Source of the DNA: Eledone cirrhosa
Lineage: Eukaryota
Assembly: GCA_964016885.1 (NCBI GenBank)
Contig: OZ024743.1
Location: forward strand, 167,958,001-168,022,000
Direction of reading: 5' to 3'
DNA: 64,000 nt
Shown: positions 27,076 through 39,829 of the stretch, piece by piece
Numbering within the stretch: the stretch's first letter is position 1
How the letters are laid out: the number at the start of each line of letters is the position of its first letter
Program-made: the position numbers and the translations under genes
Notes under the pieces: model-generated
What the model saw: only the letters and a program-made list of their open reading frames with translations
Databases searched by the model: none
Told to the model about the DNA's origin: nothing

Positions 27076-27985
27076 TGGTTGCACAACAGTTAGTTCACCA
27101 TACCGAGAACAATTGTTTCACCTTAGCGGATCCTCAGCTCGTAATGGGCATGGTTATAGGAACAGGAAGGACAACCGTACGAACGCGCATGCGCAGAAAC
27201 CCGGTCACTTCACACAGGCAATACTAGAATGCGTGCGAGAGGTGTAAGGGAGATAACTACGAAAGTCCGACAAATTTTTGTTGGAAATAAAATTACAAGG
27301 AATCACTCCGCAATAGGTGTTTGGCGACGTGTGGACAACGTGTGAAAAATTAATATCTCGTGTTTAGGCAATCACTATTGCGTAATCTCTTTAGAATAGT
27401 TACTCGTTCGTCAATACAGAAGCCACACGTCGGATTTCCCCTTGTCTATGGCTTGGACTTAGTGATGGCTTTCCATTGAATGGAGTAGTCTACATTTGAG
27501 TCCTTGAGGGACCATACGTGGCTCGCGAGTTTCGTGGATGAACGTCTGTCCGGGTACCTGAAGGTAGACTGGTGGTTCAGGAAACGTTCCTTAAATCGGC
27601 CCTCCGCCATGCCTACATAGGATTTGAACTCCCGTTGTTCGTTTGGTCGGTTGGAAGTGACCACAGCTTCATAAATTACAGCTGGTCTGTTGCATTGCTG
27701 TTGAAGCTTCGGGCTTACGGCAAGAGCACCCTGGTGGGGTTTTGCTCCTAGGGCTGCTGGTGATGTGGGCCTTCATGTTCTTAGCGCATGAGTATCCTAG
27801 TTTAACTTTGTGTCGGTTAAAGATGGAGCGGTATTTATAACCTATGGGAAAGTGTCTATTTAAGAGGGTTAGAAATGTTTTCCTACATTGGTTTTAACGT
27901 TGAGTGAGAATGGAGGAGAGAACCAGATAGTTTGTCTATTGTCGCGCTTACTTTTCTTAATGGTGTTGTTGCTAGTGGGAGAGTA
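27073..27985 (-). mobile_element. 5'-truncated PLE: linker + GIY-YIG pseudogene + terminal repeat
   Basis: RQTIWFSPPFSLNVKTNVGKHF, SYVGMAEGRFKERFLNHQSTF, TKLASHVWSLKD, CRH.PNT. Confidence 0.85.
27104..27141 (-). ncRNA. Minimal type-I hammerhead ribozyme motif
   Basis: Minus strand: CGAG-CTGAGGA-tCCgctaaGGt-GAAA-CAATTG-TT-CTCG. Confidence 0.85.
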
Positions 27986-28194
27986 AGTGATAGGTTGTGA
28001 GAAACGGCTGTTAGCCAACGCCGTTTTATGTGTATGTATATGTGTGTGTGTACGTGTGTATATATGTATGTATGTGTGTACGTATGGATATATATATATA
28101 CGTGTGTGTGCGTGTGTATGCATGAGAGCGTGCGTATGTGTGCGTATATATATATATATATGTATATATATGTATGTATATGTATGTATATATT

Positions 28195-28231
<37 letters not shown>

Positions 28232-28823
28232 ATATATATATGTCTGTATGTACCATTATGTATGTTTGTTGTGTGTGTGCTTGCTTGTTGAGCGTGCGTG
28301 TATGTGTGCGTACGAGTGTAAGTGGGCGCGTGTATGAATGTGCTTGTCGACACCTGGAATATATATTAAGTGAAACTTCACAATAAGGGGTTTCACCCCA
28401 ATACTTGAATCTGTTGAAAGAACCCTTTCTGTCGTTGTCACCCTTATTTCAGCCTTAAAGAATTAGCTTCTAAAGAATTTCCCTTTTCTTTAAACCATTG
28501 AACCCCACCCATCCTGTAGAAACCTGTCTTACAGGCATTGTTAGTCTAAGTGATAAACAAGGATTGGTATTCCAATGTTGAATTTGTTTACAGTATTGTT
28601 TCTGTCTTTGTTAATATTAATATTATAGCTTTAAAGAATTAGCTTTTAATGGACTCCCTTTTCTTTAAATCCTTCAACCAATGACCTCCACCCATCCCAA
28701 CCCCCACCCTCTCCTACCACCAGTAAAGGAAAGATATAAATACTACCACTTATTTGGACAGGCAGCTTCCTGATGATTTCTCACGAATGAAACAGTTTTA
28801 GTCCTGTAGAAGCTCTTCTATAG

Positions 28824-28876
<53 letters not shown>

Positions 28877-28880
<4 letters not shown>

Positions 28881-29526
28881 AAAATGAGCGTAACAAGTAA
28901 ACATTAAACAATTTTTCAAATAAATTAAAATACGATTTAAATATTCACCTGTTCTTTTGCTGTTACCGACGGTTTCACTAATCAAAAGATTGGAAATTCA
29001 AAGAATTTCCAATGGAAAGAATTAGCTCTTCAGACAGCTATTTCCATGCCATAGGGAATAAAGCCTCATAGTTTGTAAATATATCTCTTCCTGCCCGATG
29101 CATGAGGTCAGGCCGTTAAAGTGACCTACACATAAATAGGCCGTAAGTAAAAGTGGGATATTATAGACTCGTTGATACTTCATGCCGCTAAAAAAATAGC
29201 AGCACGATACAACATTTTGTTCTCTACATAGAAGGAGAATACATATAAAATGGTATAGATATTCCAGCAGATAACAAGTACCTACGGAAATATACATGAT
29301 GTCTATAATCGTTGTTGTTCAATGGTACTAATTTGAGATACCAGAACTATAAAAATGAGCAATTCTCTGAATTTCCAATCTTTTGATTAATGAAACTGTC
29401 GGTAACATCAATAGAACAGGTGAATATTTGAATCGTATTTTAATTTATTTGAAAGATTGCTTAATGTTTACTTGTTCCGCTCATTTTTATAGTTCTGGTA
29501 TCTCAAATTAGTACCATTGAACAACT
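28877..29526. repeat. Nested inverted repeats (probable PLE terminal-repeat fold-back)
   Basis: 28877-29008 is the reverse complement of ~29360-29491; 29314-29360 is the reverse complement of 29479-29526. Confidence 0.75.
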
Positions 29527-29769
29527 AGTTTCGCAAATACACATATATACACACAAACAAGCCCTTTGCCTACGCCGGTGCTTGTACACACACACACACA
29601 GTGGCTCATATACACTCTTACAAATATGCGCATATTCATATACACACCCACGCACGCATAAAAAAATATATATATATAAAAAGAATATACACACAAAGCC
29701 ATATAAAGATACACAATGGATCATACATTAAAGGATGCATCTTGTTATAAATATATACATACATAAAAA

Positions 29770-29807
<38 letters not shown>

Positions 29808-31345
29808 GTATAAAAATATATAAAAAAACATACATATAACGGCACATAAAGATACACAGTGGGCTATACATGAAAGGGTGCACCTTGTTATATGTGCCTA
29901 CAGAGATGTTGTTACTTTGCGAACATAGATCTATCCACGTATGGAATCCTCACGCAAAGCCACATAATGTGCGTTCATGGTATTACAGTAAATAGTATGC
30001 GCAGACCGTACATAGAAAATGCGTGCAGAATATATGTAAAAAAGAAGGAACATGATGCATATGAGAAAGTACACAAGAGAAGTATGAGATACACACGTGA
30101 TTCTGTATACGGAAAATACATTCGGTGTTACAAAATGGAATGCGTAGAGAGTATGCACTCTCTACAGAAAAGATATACATGCAGGGGGTGCGTAGACAGG
30201 CCATACTGAGTATGTATGTCACTGTGGTTGAAGTATAGTGTCTTATTGGTGTAAGGCACTTGACTGAATATCAATGGAATCCGGATCAATCTGTCCCGGC
30301 TCAGGCGATGTTTTTGCCTAGGGTGACGTGCAGTGTCGGGTTGGCATCGTGGGTTATTTCGGCTTATCCCACGGGGCATATATAGTCAACAGAGTATGGT
30401 GTCTGATCCCTTGAACCCGTTTCGCCGCTTTGGCCGCTGTGCGCTCCGCCGCATGACTTTAGCTTGGGCTGCTCGGTGGATTCCATGCGGAGAGTGTACA
30501 TCTTCTCTGATGTCTGCACGTCATGATTATTTCCGATTTCAGGTTGACCGCATCATCCTTCAGTCTGACTATCTCCATGGCCTCGGATAGGCATAGCCTA
30601 CACTTTCTATTTCCAGCCGAATTTGCATTCGCGTGCCGAACGATACTCCAGTTGAGGTCATACGGGGGTGCCTTTGTCTTTCAAGTCCCACACTAGGTCC
30701 GCCAACCTAGTAGAGTTCCTCTTGCTCCGGCCCTTAAAAGAGTTTGTGTGGTTATACATCCGAATTTAAAGGTCGTGGATGTTGCGCCGATGTAGGTGCG
30801 CTTTATATTGTGCGTGCTAACCACACATTTATATACCAGGCCCTTCGTTAGGCATCTTCCCTGCAGAGGGCACTGCGTGCCGGCTCTGCAGTTGCACAAT
30901 CTGTCGTTATATTGTTCATTTCGGACGCCTGGCCCTTGATCTACCACAACCCTCTTCCGATTCTCTGGGTGTTGTTCTACCGACACAGTGGTTTCCCATC
31001 CGCCACTCATTTCCGCCCGGCGTTGGATTGTATCGTCTTCCGCGGTCGTGGAGGCGGCCGCAGGGCCGGGTTGTAGTTGGAAGACCGGTCTGCAAGGGGC
31101 CCTCCGGGCTCCGATGGACGGTCATTCGACCACTGCGGTTGACGGTTGAGGTTCCCAATCTTCGCCGCGTAGGATTTGGCCATGTAGTCTGCCATGTTAG
31201 GTGCGGTGGAGAAGGAGAACTTCCCCGTTTGGCGGTTGAAAATCTTGTGGTATCTGCTCGAAGGCAGGAAGCACTCGTCCAACGCTCGGAAGAAGAGGCC
31301 TGGTACATTGCTGCATACATGCTTAGAATACGGCGCGTTAAACCA
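29520..31345 (-). mobile_element. PLE fragment, family X (linker + GIY-YIG + long 3' UTR); left arm of a large inversion
   Basis: WFNAPYS, CNCRAGTQCPLQGRCLTKGLVYKC, TYIGATSTTFK, KCRLCLSEAMEI, CRHQR. Confidence 0.85.
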
Positions 31346-31519
31346 TCTATTGTCGGCTCTATTGTTATCTCGTTAATGCTATGCGGTGCTGTTGTCGGGG
31401 CTATATCATTGCTACTGGTTCCACGGCCGTACTTGTCCTTACGCTGTCCCTAGTTCTAGTTTCTGCGACGCATGTGGTGCGCGTACCGGGCTTCTGTCTA
31501 CGTGTACTGGGTGTGTCTT

Positions 31520-33007
31520 CGTCAATAAGACAGACGAAGTCACACACGGGCGCCAGACCACCCAGTACACGTAGACAGAAGCCCGGCACACGCACCACAT
31601 GCGTCGTGGAAACTAGAACTAGGGACAGGGTAAGGACAACTACGGCCGTGGAACCCGGTAGAGGAAGCACCCGGACCAGTAGCAATGATATAGCCCCGAC
31701 AACAGCACCGCATAGCATTAACGAGACTAACAGTAGATCCGACAGTACAAAACGAAATACCTCAGTAAGCGAACGGCGTAACCCCGACGCCCACGGGAGA
31801 CATATAGATAGTGGCAACATATTTGACGAAATAACGGGCGGGAAAAAACCGAGATGGACACCTGACCCAACACACATTCACACTACTACACACACACCAA
31901 GGAACAAGACGAGGTTTAAGGCCTTTACATGGTTTAACGCGCCGTATTCTAAGCATGTATGCAGCAATGTACCAGGCCTCTTCTTCCGAGCGTTGGACGA
32001 GTGCTTCCCGCCGTCGAGCAGATACCACAAGAATTTCAACCGCCACACGGTGAAGTTCTCCTTCTCCACCGCACCTAACATGGCAGACTACATAGCCAAA
32101 TCCAACGTGGCGAAGATGGGGAACCTTGACCGTTAAACCGTTGTGGCCTAATGACTATCCATCGGAGCCCGGAGGGCCCCTTGCAGACCGGTCTTCCAAC
32201 TACAATCCGGCCCCTGCGGCAGCCGCCACGACCACGGAAGACGATATAATCCAACGCCGGGCGGAAATGAGTGGTCGAGGGGAGACCACCATGTCGGCAG
32301 AACAACACCCAGAGAATCGGGAGAGGGCTGTGATAGATCAAGGGCCAGGCGTCCGAAATGAACAACATAACGACAGAACGTGCAACTGCAGAGGGGGCAC
32401 ATAGTGCCCTCTACAGGGAAGATACCTAACAAAGAAGGTCCTTCGTTATAAATGTGTGGTTAGCACGCACAATATAAAGGGCACCTACATCGGCGATTTA
32501 AAGGTCGTGGATGTTGCGCCGATGTAGGTAAACTTTATATTGTGCGTGCTAACCACACATTTATAACGAAGGGCGCAACATCCACGACCTTTAAATCGCC
32601 GATGTATAACCACACACATTTTTTTAAGGACCGGAGCAAGAGGCACTCTACTAGGCTGGCGGACCTAGTGTGGGACTTGAAAGACAAAAGCACCCCATAT
32701 GACCCCAACTGGAGTATCGTTCGGCACGCGAATGCATATTAGGCTGGAAATAGAAAGTGTAGGCTATGCCTGATGCGGTCAACCTGAAATTGGAAATAAT
32801 CATGACGTGCAGACACCAGAGAAGGTGCACACTCTCCGCATGGAATCCACCGGGACGCCCAAGCTAAAGGCATGCGGCGGAGCGTACGCCGGCCAGAGCG
32901 GCGAAACTGGTTGAAGGGATCAGACACCACACCCTGTTGACTATATATGCCCCGTGGAGTAAGCCGAAATAACCCACGATGCCTACCCGACTCTGCACGT
33001 CACCCTA
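31520..33007 (+). mobile_element. PLE fragment, family X, opposite orientation
   Basis: FKAFTWFNAPYSKHVCSNVPGLFFRALDECFPP; 31927-33007 mirrors 30319-31345. Confidence 0.85.
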
Positions 33008-33094
33008 TATATATATATATTAAGGAGCGATCGACTTTCGTCAAATCGGACCGAGGCAACAATGTTTCCGTTGGTCTTTACAATCTATCTATCG

Positions 33095-33233
33095 GTCGCA
33101 ACTCCAGGTAGAAGGAGCAACGTGAAATAAAGTGTCTTGCTCAAGGACATAACGCATCGCCTGGTCCAGGAATCGAACTCACAACTTTACGATTGCGAAT
33201 CCAAATCTCTAACCACTTAGCCACACGCCTCCA

Positions 33234-33234
<1 letters not shown>
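33095..33234 (-). mobile_element. tRNA-derived SINE, second family
   Basis: Minus strand: A-box TGGCTAAGTGG, B-box GAGTTCGATTCC, core TGTCCTTGAGCAAGACACTT. Confidence 0.8.
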
Positions 33235-33287
<53 letters not shown>

Positions 33288-33356
33288 TATGAAGAGAGAA
33301 GAAACATTTAGATATAATTAGTAATAAAATGTATCATACCTAAACTGTTCCTAAAT

Positions 33357-33444
33357 TCCTCGACTACGTAGTTTCGTGGCATAAACAAAAACAATATATC
33401 AAAGATATAGAGTCCTTGCGAGGTCTGCCGACTTATCAAGAGGA
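33357..33444 (-). ncRNA. Hammerhead ribozyme motif, U3-A8 variant with extended stem II
   Basis: Minus strand: TCCTC-TTGATAA-gtcggca[~45 nt]tgccac-GAAA-CTACGTAG-TC-GAGGA. Confidence 0.75.
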
Positions 33445-33707
33445 TACCTCATTTTACTAGTCTCAAGAACGCGTCTACACGACGTGAGAAAGAATCCCAA
33501 AAGGCGGAGGGGGAGATAGTCACGCGATATAACGGTCGAGAAACAGAGCTAAGCCTCTTATAACCACGAAAAAAATACCACGGAGGCGGAGGGGGTATTC
33601 ATATCGAGGCCGTAGAAGAGGGAGTGAAGAAGGCGAGAAGTATGAGTAATGGAAGCTTTCCAGTTGTCCCCACACTTCAAAGATTGCTCGACCAGAGGGA
33701 GTTATTA

Positions 33708-33964
33708 ATACATTTAGAAACACACAGATACATGCGGACACACACATATATACATGAATGCATCCGCACCCAACTGTGAGTTAAGGGTGCCAACTTCACC
33801 GATGTTGCTCAATGAATGACTGGGACAGACCAATTCAGTTTGAACCAGACTGTCCCAGTCATTCATTGAGCAACATCGGTGAAGTTGGCACCCTTAACTC
33901 ACAGTTGGGTGCGGATGCATTCATGTATATATGTGTGTGTCCGCATGTATCTGTGTGTTTCTAA

Positions 33965-33970
<6 letters not shown>
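33708..33970. repeat. Apparently perfect 121-bp inverted repeat with 21-nt spacer
   Basis: 33708-33828 is the reverse complement of 33850-33970. Confidence 0.9.
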
Positions 33971-34002
<32 letters not shown>

Positions 34003-34039
34003 ATGTGTGTGTGTGTGTGTGTATGTGTGTGTGCGTGTG

Positions 34040-34879
34040 TGTGTATTTTTTATGTTTGTATATATTTATAACAAGATGCATCCTTTCATGCATCCCATTG
34101 TGTATCTTTGTATGACTTTGTGTGTATATTCTTTTTATCTATATATATCTATTTTTTTATGCGTGCGTGAGTGTGTATATGAATATGCGCATATTTGTAA
34201 GAGTGTATATGAGTCAGTGTGTGTGTGTGTGTGTATATATGTATATGGGTACATGTATATGTGTGTACGTGGGTGGAGGGGGTCTATGTATATGTCTGTA
34301 CGTGTTTGTGTGTACGGGTATATATGCACGTGTGCATGTGTATGCACAGGTATGTGTGTGTGTATGTTGATGTATATAGGCATGTGGGCATGTGTCTGTG
34401 TGTGTACGTGCCTCTCTGGATGCATGTATGCGTATGTTTATATGTTCTCCTTAAATGTATGTGGATAGCGTGCGTCTATGCGTACGACTGTCATTATCTC
34501 TGCGCTTGTGTGCGCGCGCGTGAATGTGTGAACAACCAAACACAGCAGTAATTTATTGAAGTGTAGCAGACATGGGACAGCTAACGCCCTGATGGTCAGC
34601 GGACTGGAACCTGTGGTCAGAATTATGATGACGTCGACAACCAGTGGCCAATCACAAGACGCGCGAAGAGGATGAAATTTTTGAAGGTACTGGCCCAGAG
34701 GGTCAGATACCCCAGTGAGAGAATATGCTCCGAAATCATTAGACGTGTCCGTCGAACCTGTGTGTCCAGAATCAGACAGACCCACACAATGATCGCGTCT
34801 CGAGCTGTCCGCCGGCGAAACATTTGTAACACACAATAAATTGAGTTCAGATGCATCAATGATTTTTCGTTTTCTATTC

Positions 34880-34880
<1 letters not shown>
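34040..34880 (+). mobile_element. Distal 3' UTR/terminus of PLE family X
   Basis: Reverse complement of ~54250-55140 and, in part, of 29590-29760. Confidence 0.75.
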
Positions 34881-34945
<65 letters not shown>

Positions 34946-34960
34946 TCTCTCTCTCTCTCA

Positions 34961-35046
<86 letters not shown>

Positions 35047-35047
35047 G

Positions 35048-35354
35048 ATATTAATACATGGAAACTACAAAAACACAAAAATTGTTTCATAAATATTGAC
35101 ATATCCAAAAAGAAGAACTTAAAACGATAAGTTCTTGTTTTGGGATATGTCAATATTTATAAAACAATTTTTGCATTTCATCTGATGAGTGCGTACCAAG
35201 ATTTTGGTACCCTTGAAATATATATAATAATATAAATATGGTTTTAGAAAGTTGTTTCCATGTATTAAGATCATTAATATTATACCCCTGTAGAGTGCTT
35301 CGAATCTGTTATAAATAAATTTGTTGAATAACCAACAAATTAAATATCTCTTTG

Positions 35355-35360
<6 letters not shown>
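35048..35360 (+). mobile_element. Fold-back mini-element with HHR core (35182-35218), same family as 483-1760
   Basis: Hairpin 35069-35174; CTGATGA-gtgcGTACCAAgatTTTGGTACcctt-GAAA-TATATA; flanked by (TA)n. Confidence 0.75.
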
Positions 35361-35393
<33 letters not shown>

Positions 35394-35475
35394 TTAATAT
35401 ATTAAAACTATTATACTCTGCTATGTATTGAGTACCTTACTTACTGTGGTTACCTCCGATTCAACCCGGAATAAC

Positions 35476-35562
<87 letters not shown>

Positions 35563-35567
<5 letters not shown>

Positions 35568-36215
35568 TAAAATAACAGATTAAAGTTTAAGCAAAGAATC
35601 GCTGCTTTCACCCTTAACGGGATCTTCTGAAACAAACAAAGTCAATCTGTAAACGCAGAAGTGGATATTTCAAAAAACGTTGCAACCGGAGGAAGGCAGG
35701 AGGACGATACTTTGGTTCGTGGAAACGTTCCCTATGCAAATAAGTAATGGTATAAACATAACATATACTTAGCTACCACATCAAGACGTCAAATATCCAC
35801 GTATAGATCGTACTATCCGTTAGGGTATAATGTGGAGCTGTAATACAGGAAAGTTTTGTGCAATTTATGTTTACAAGCCGAAATTGCCTCAGATTTTTTG
35901 TTTAAGATGTGGTCTGTGGCGTAGAGTATTTCCAGGGCCTCAGCGGCGCAGGGGTCATATGGTCTTTTATTTCCGTTATACGATCTAGCCCTAGCTAGGA
36001 TCTCCCAGTGTAACTTATATTGGGTGTGGTTGTCTTTTAGACTCCAGATATAAGCTGAAAGTGACGTCATATTCTTTCTTAGAGGGTAACGAAAAGAATG
36101 GGTATGCATGTAAAGACGCCTGCTTGAATCTATTGGTGGTTAACCCTATGTAGGCCCTACGGGACGTGGGTGTTTCAACCTTACATTTGCAGACAATGTT
36201 ATTTGCTCTACGGTT
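35563..36215 (-). mobile_element. PLE GIY-YIG fragment + terminal repeat
   Basis: IVCKCKVET..RAYIGLTTNRFK, TSLSAYIWSLKD, LNKKSEAISACKH. Confidence 0.85.
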
Positions 36216-36296
36216 CTTATATATTTGATATATATTTGATATATATTTATCCTTATCGAGACCTCTTTGGATTTTAGTCTTCAAATTTATTATTAT

Positions 36297-36351
<55 letters not shown>

Positions 36352-36482
36352 CAACAGTTTTATTTAAAATTGTTGGGTTACAACGAGTAAATATTTTATA
36401 ACTGATATAAAAGCACTCAACAAGTTTTGGAGTAGATTTACGATATTAAACAAATGGAAACTATATTTATAAAACCATATTT

Positions 36483-36546
36483 ATTTCATTATATATATTT
36501 CAGGGATATCATATTAAAAATATTGTATGCCTTCCTCAGACAAAAT
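36483..36546 (-). ncRNA. Minimal hammerhead ribozyme motif in a solo terminal repeat (36350-36600)
   Basis: Minus strand: ATTTTGT-CTGAGGA-aggcatac...gatatccct-GAAA-TATATA-TA-ATGAAAT. Confidence 0.7.
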
Positions 36547-37861
36547 ACAATATATAAACCGTTTTATAAATAAATTTGACATACCTTAAACATTACAACT
36601 TCCATTTAAAAAGTTGATTTGGTAGTGAAAATGTTAAGGACAGTTAGAAAGAAAGACGAAGAGAAAAAAGAAGGAAAGTGTATAGTGCTAAGGACGAAGA
36701 GAAGAAGAAAGAAAGTGTATAGTGCTAAGGACAGTTAGAGAGGAAGACGAAGAAGATGAAGAGATGTATGTAAAGAAACAACAGAGCGAGATAGAGAGAG
36801 AGAGAGAGATGGGAGAGAGAAATATATTGAGGAAGTGAAAAATGATAGGCAGCTTGGGCACAGATGATCAACGTACAAATGAGAGATTAAGGAGGGAAGG
36901 GGGTACTGTAATTATTTATTTATTTATTTATTTATTTAGTTATAGTGTTAAGGATACGGAGATAAATAAAAATAAAAATAAAAATAAAAATAAATAAAGA
37001 GAGGTAGAGAGATATATAGGAGGTGGGAGAAAAGAGGTAGATCGAGTAATATCTATCATACGAGGTGGGAGAGATACAGTTAAATCAGCCGATACATTAA
37101 TCACGTCAAGTGTAGAGGGAAGAGGAGAAGAAATAGATATATTCAGAAAGAAAGATGATAGATTTAAAATATTATGTTTCATCCATTTGAATTATCAATT
37201 CATATGAATTAGGTATTATAATGTAAATATCAATATTCATGAATGAGACACATATCAATAATGTGTGAAAAAATGAAAAAATAATGACCCTATGTTTAGT
37301 TTAAAAATTCTTAGGTTTATAATCAAAATCTGAGATAAAACTTCAAAAATACTGAAATACATAAGTATATATGTATTTTCATGTAAAAAGAAAAAGAGAA
37401 AAGAGAAGGTTATCTCAAATTCAAGTTGACAATTATAGACACACATGTGAATTTACGTGATCGGCTCTGTAAATTCTTATTTTTCATGAAAATCTTCATT
37501 GCGTTACAAAAGATTCCACCATACATATATGTACATACATATATATATAGACATAAAATATACATTAATATTAATAATAATATTCTTGCCCTCACTTACA
37601 TGATTATCGTTCAAGCATAGAATAGACAACAGATATCAATATATTAAAAACGCCAAGAATATTTTCATCACTCCCCACAGTATCTAGGGACGTAAGAAAA
37701 CATAGTATGCCACGCATATCAACCACAGAAAACCACCCTTCCAATTTATTTGACAATATTTGTCAAGTTCATTAGAAGCAATCAGAATCAAAAGCAAACA
37801 AAACCAAAATTGTTCAACAAAACTTATTTAGCAGAAATCATTCAAAAAAATGTATGGATAC

Positions 37862-38047
37862 CCAGTTGTTCTACAAAAGCTCTTATATTTATTATAGAAG
37901 TTTATCTAGCTTAAAAATCTTCATGAGTATATAATTAATGAGATTAATTAAACTACCCTAAAATGGTGATGTTCCCAATCTATTGAATCAATTTTTAAGC
38001 TAGATAAACTTCTATAATAAATATAAGAGCTTTTGTAGAACAACTGG
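37862..38047. mobile_element. MITE-like hairpin with ~56 bp perfect terminal inverted repeats
   Basis: CCAGTTGTTCTACAAAAGCTCTTATATTTATTATAGAAGTTTATCTAGCTTAAAAAT and its reverse complement. Confidence 0.75.
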
Positions 38048-38358
38048 CGTGAGCTGTCACTCACCTTAATTCTGTCGCCAGAATTACTGCTACGTGGGCA
38101 TGGGGTTCTGATCTGCCTTGCCCGTCCCTAGCTTGCCCGCAGCCTGACACATACACACACCCACATACACGTGTGCTCACACACAGACATTACGAGCTCC
38201 TGATCACACATTTATCTGTGCGGACATGCACACACACACCCGAGCGCTCGCTTGTGCTTGTGCGCACACACGTCACATGAATATATTCACACCCTCATAT
38301 ATAGGTATCTGCATACACAGATATACGCACACATGTACACATACATGGACCCACAGAT

Positions 38359-38438
<80 letters not shown>

Positions 38439-38491
38439 TCATTCGAAAAAACAGTTATATAAAACGAACAAATAACTGATTCTCTACCTCG

Positions 38492-39720
38492 TTAAACAAC
38501 TGCCGGCGTGCAATTTCGTGCATTAAAGTGAGGTTGCACTTGTAATGTTAGTTTGCATAACATACTGGAGAACAGCTCTGTTGGTAAGATGCATGTGAGC
38601 AAATATCACACACAACAAAAAAAAGAAATGAAAGGGTAATTTACTGCGGTCGTTCGACAAAAAACATAACATACATTTATTTGAAATGTGCTGCAAAACT
38701 ATTGATGAGTCTGGAACACATGTATCTTCGCTTTTTGTGGAATGGACATTTTCTGCTAACTAGAAAAATCCTCTACCAACTCCCATTTCACGATGTCCTC
38801 GAGAGGCCATCGTTAATTATGCGAAAGCCTGCGCTGCGCCAGACGCTCTTGCAGAATTACCTTCAGTACTGCGTTGATGGTGACATCGAGACCGAAGGCC
38901 AACCATTGTGACCGCCTTTCATACGACATGTCCTTCCATAGATCGTCTCTTTGGGTCAAGCGCATACAAAATACTGCCAGAGGGTCACGCTACACTACCA
39001 GCTGGCGAAGGCGATCAACGGCCGAAAAAGAACACTTGCTTTCCAGTTTCGAAAAATCACATCTTTTGTTATCAGACGATGCATCTAGAACCACATATTC
39101 CGATAAGTTCATTTTTAAGACAATAGAGTAGATTTGATAAAAAATGTGGCTACTAATTCTAAAAGGTCAAACAATTTCAGCACAGCTTTTGTTGTTTGTT
39201 TGTTAGTTTAGCTGGGAAGACTGTAAATTACTTTCAATAATGGGGCTTCTTCTATTGATCTCCAGAGAAATGAAAAATCGAATTAATAGATTCTAATGTG
39301 TCCGTTTCAAAAACTGCCATGAAGCCTAACGGAAAAAAAATATTTTAGCCAAGTATTCAGCTTTAGCCACTTGTTGAAAAGTGGCTTTCAAAATCAATTA
39401 AATTTTAGCACTTTATTTGTAGACCTGGCAAATGTTATGTGGTGATGATTGTGTGTGTATTGTTGCTACAAAACCAATAGACACACATTTTAGCAATGGT
39501 TATATTATGGCTGGCTAAACTGACGTTACACATCAGTGGATTTCTCTACCAAACCGCTACTGTGCTGTGAAAATGAGGATTAAAAGGTAAATAAAACATT
39601 CGATAGTAAATAAATAAAGAGATAGATGGCTTGGTAACCAAAGATATAACAATATGAAAAGCAGCTGGCTGAAAGAAAAAGGAAAATGAAATAAAGCTAG
39701 TGGGGCCTGTCAGTGTTTAA
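38492..39720 (+). mobile_element. Possible decayed piggyBac-like element
   Basis: TTAA-ACAACTGCCGG ... CCTGTCAGTGT-TTAA loose termini; LPEGHATLPAGEGDQRPKK resembles a piggyBac C-terminal region. Confidence 0.3.
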
Positions 39721-39829
39721 CATGACATGGAAACACTACTACTATCCTTACTATTAATACTACTAATACTGAAATATAATTATAATACAACTGATGATCA
39801 TGTTAATAGATAGATTTTTTGGAGGTCAG

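Noticed and set aside
28770-28805. CTGATGA-tTTCtcacGAAt-GAAA hammerhead core
   Set aside because: Core and stem II look right but stem I cannot be formed adjacent to it; at best a decayed copy
31381-31560. Apparent signal peptide/TM start of the 251-aa ORF
   Set aside because: Antisense reading of the locally inverted segment
33150-33234. Possible tRNA gene
   Set aside because: A/B boxes run into a SINE core; it is a SINE head
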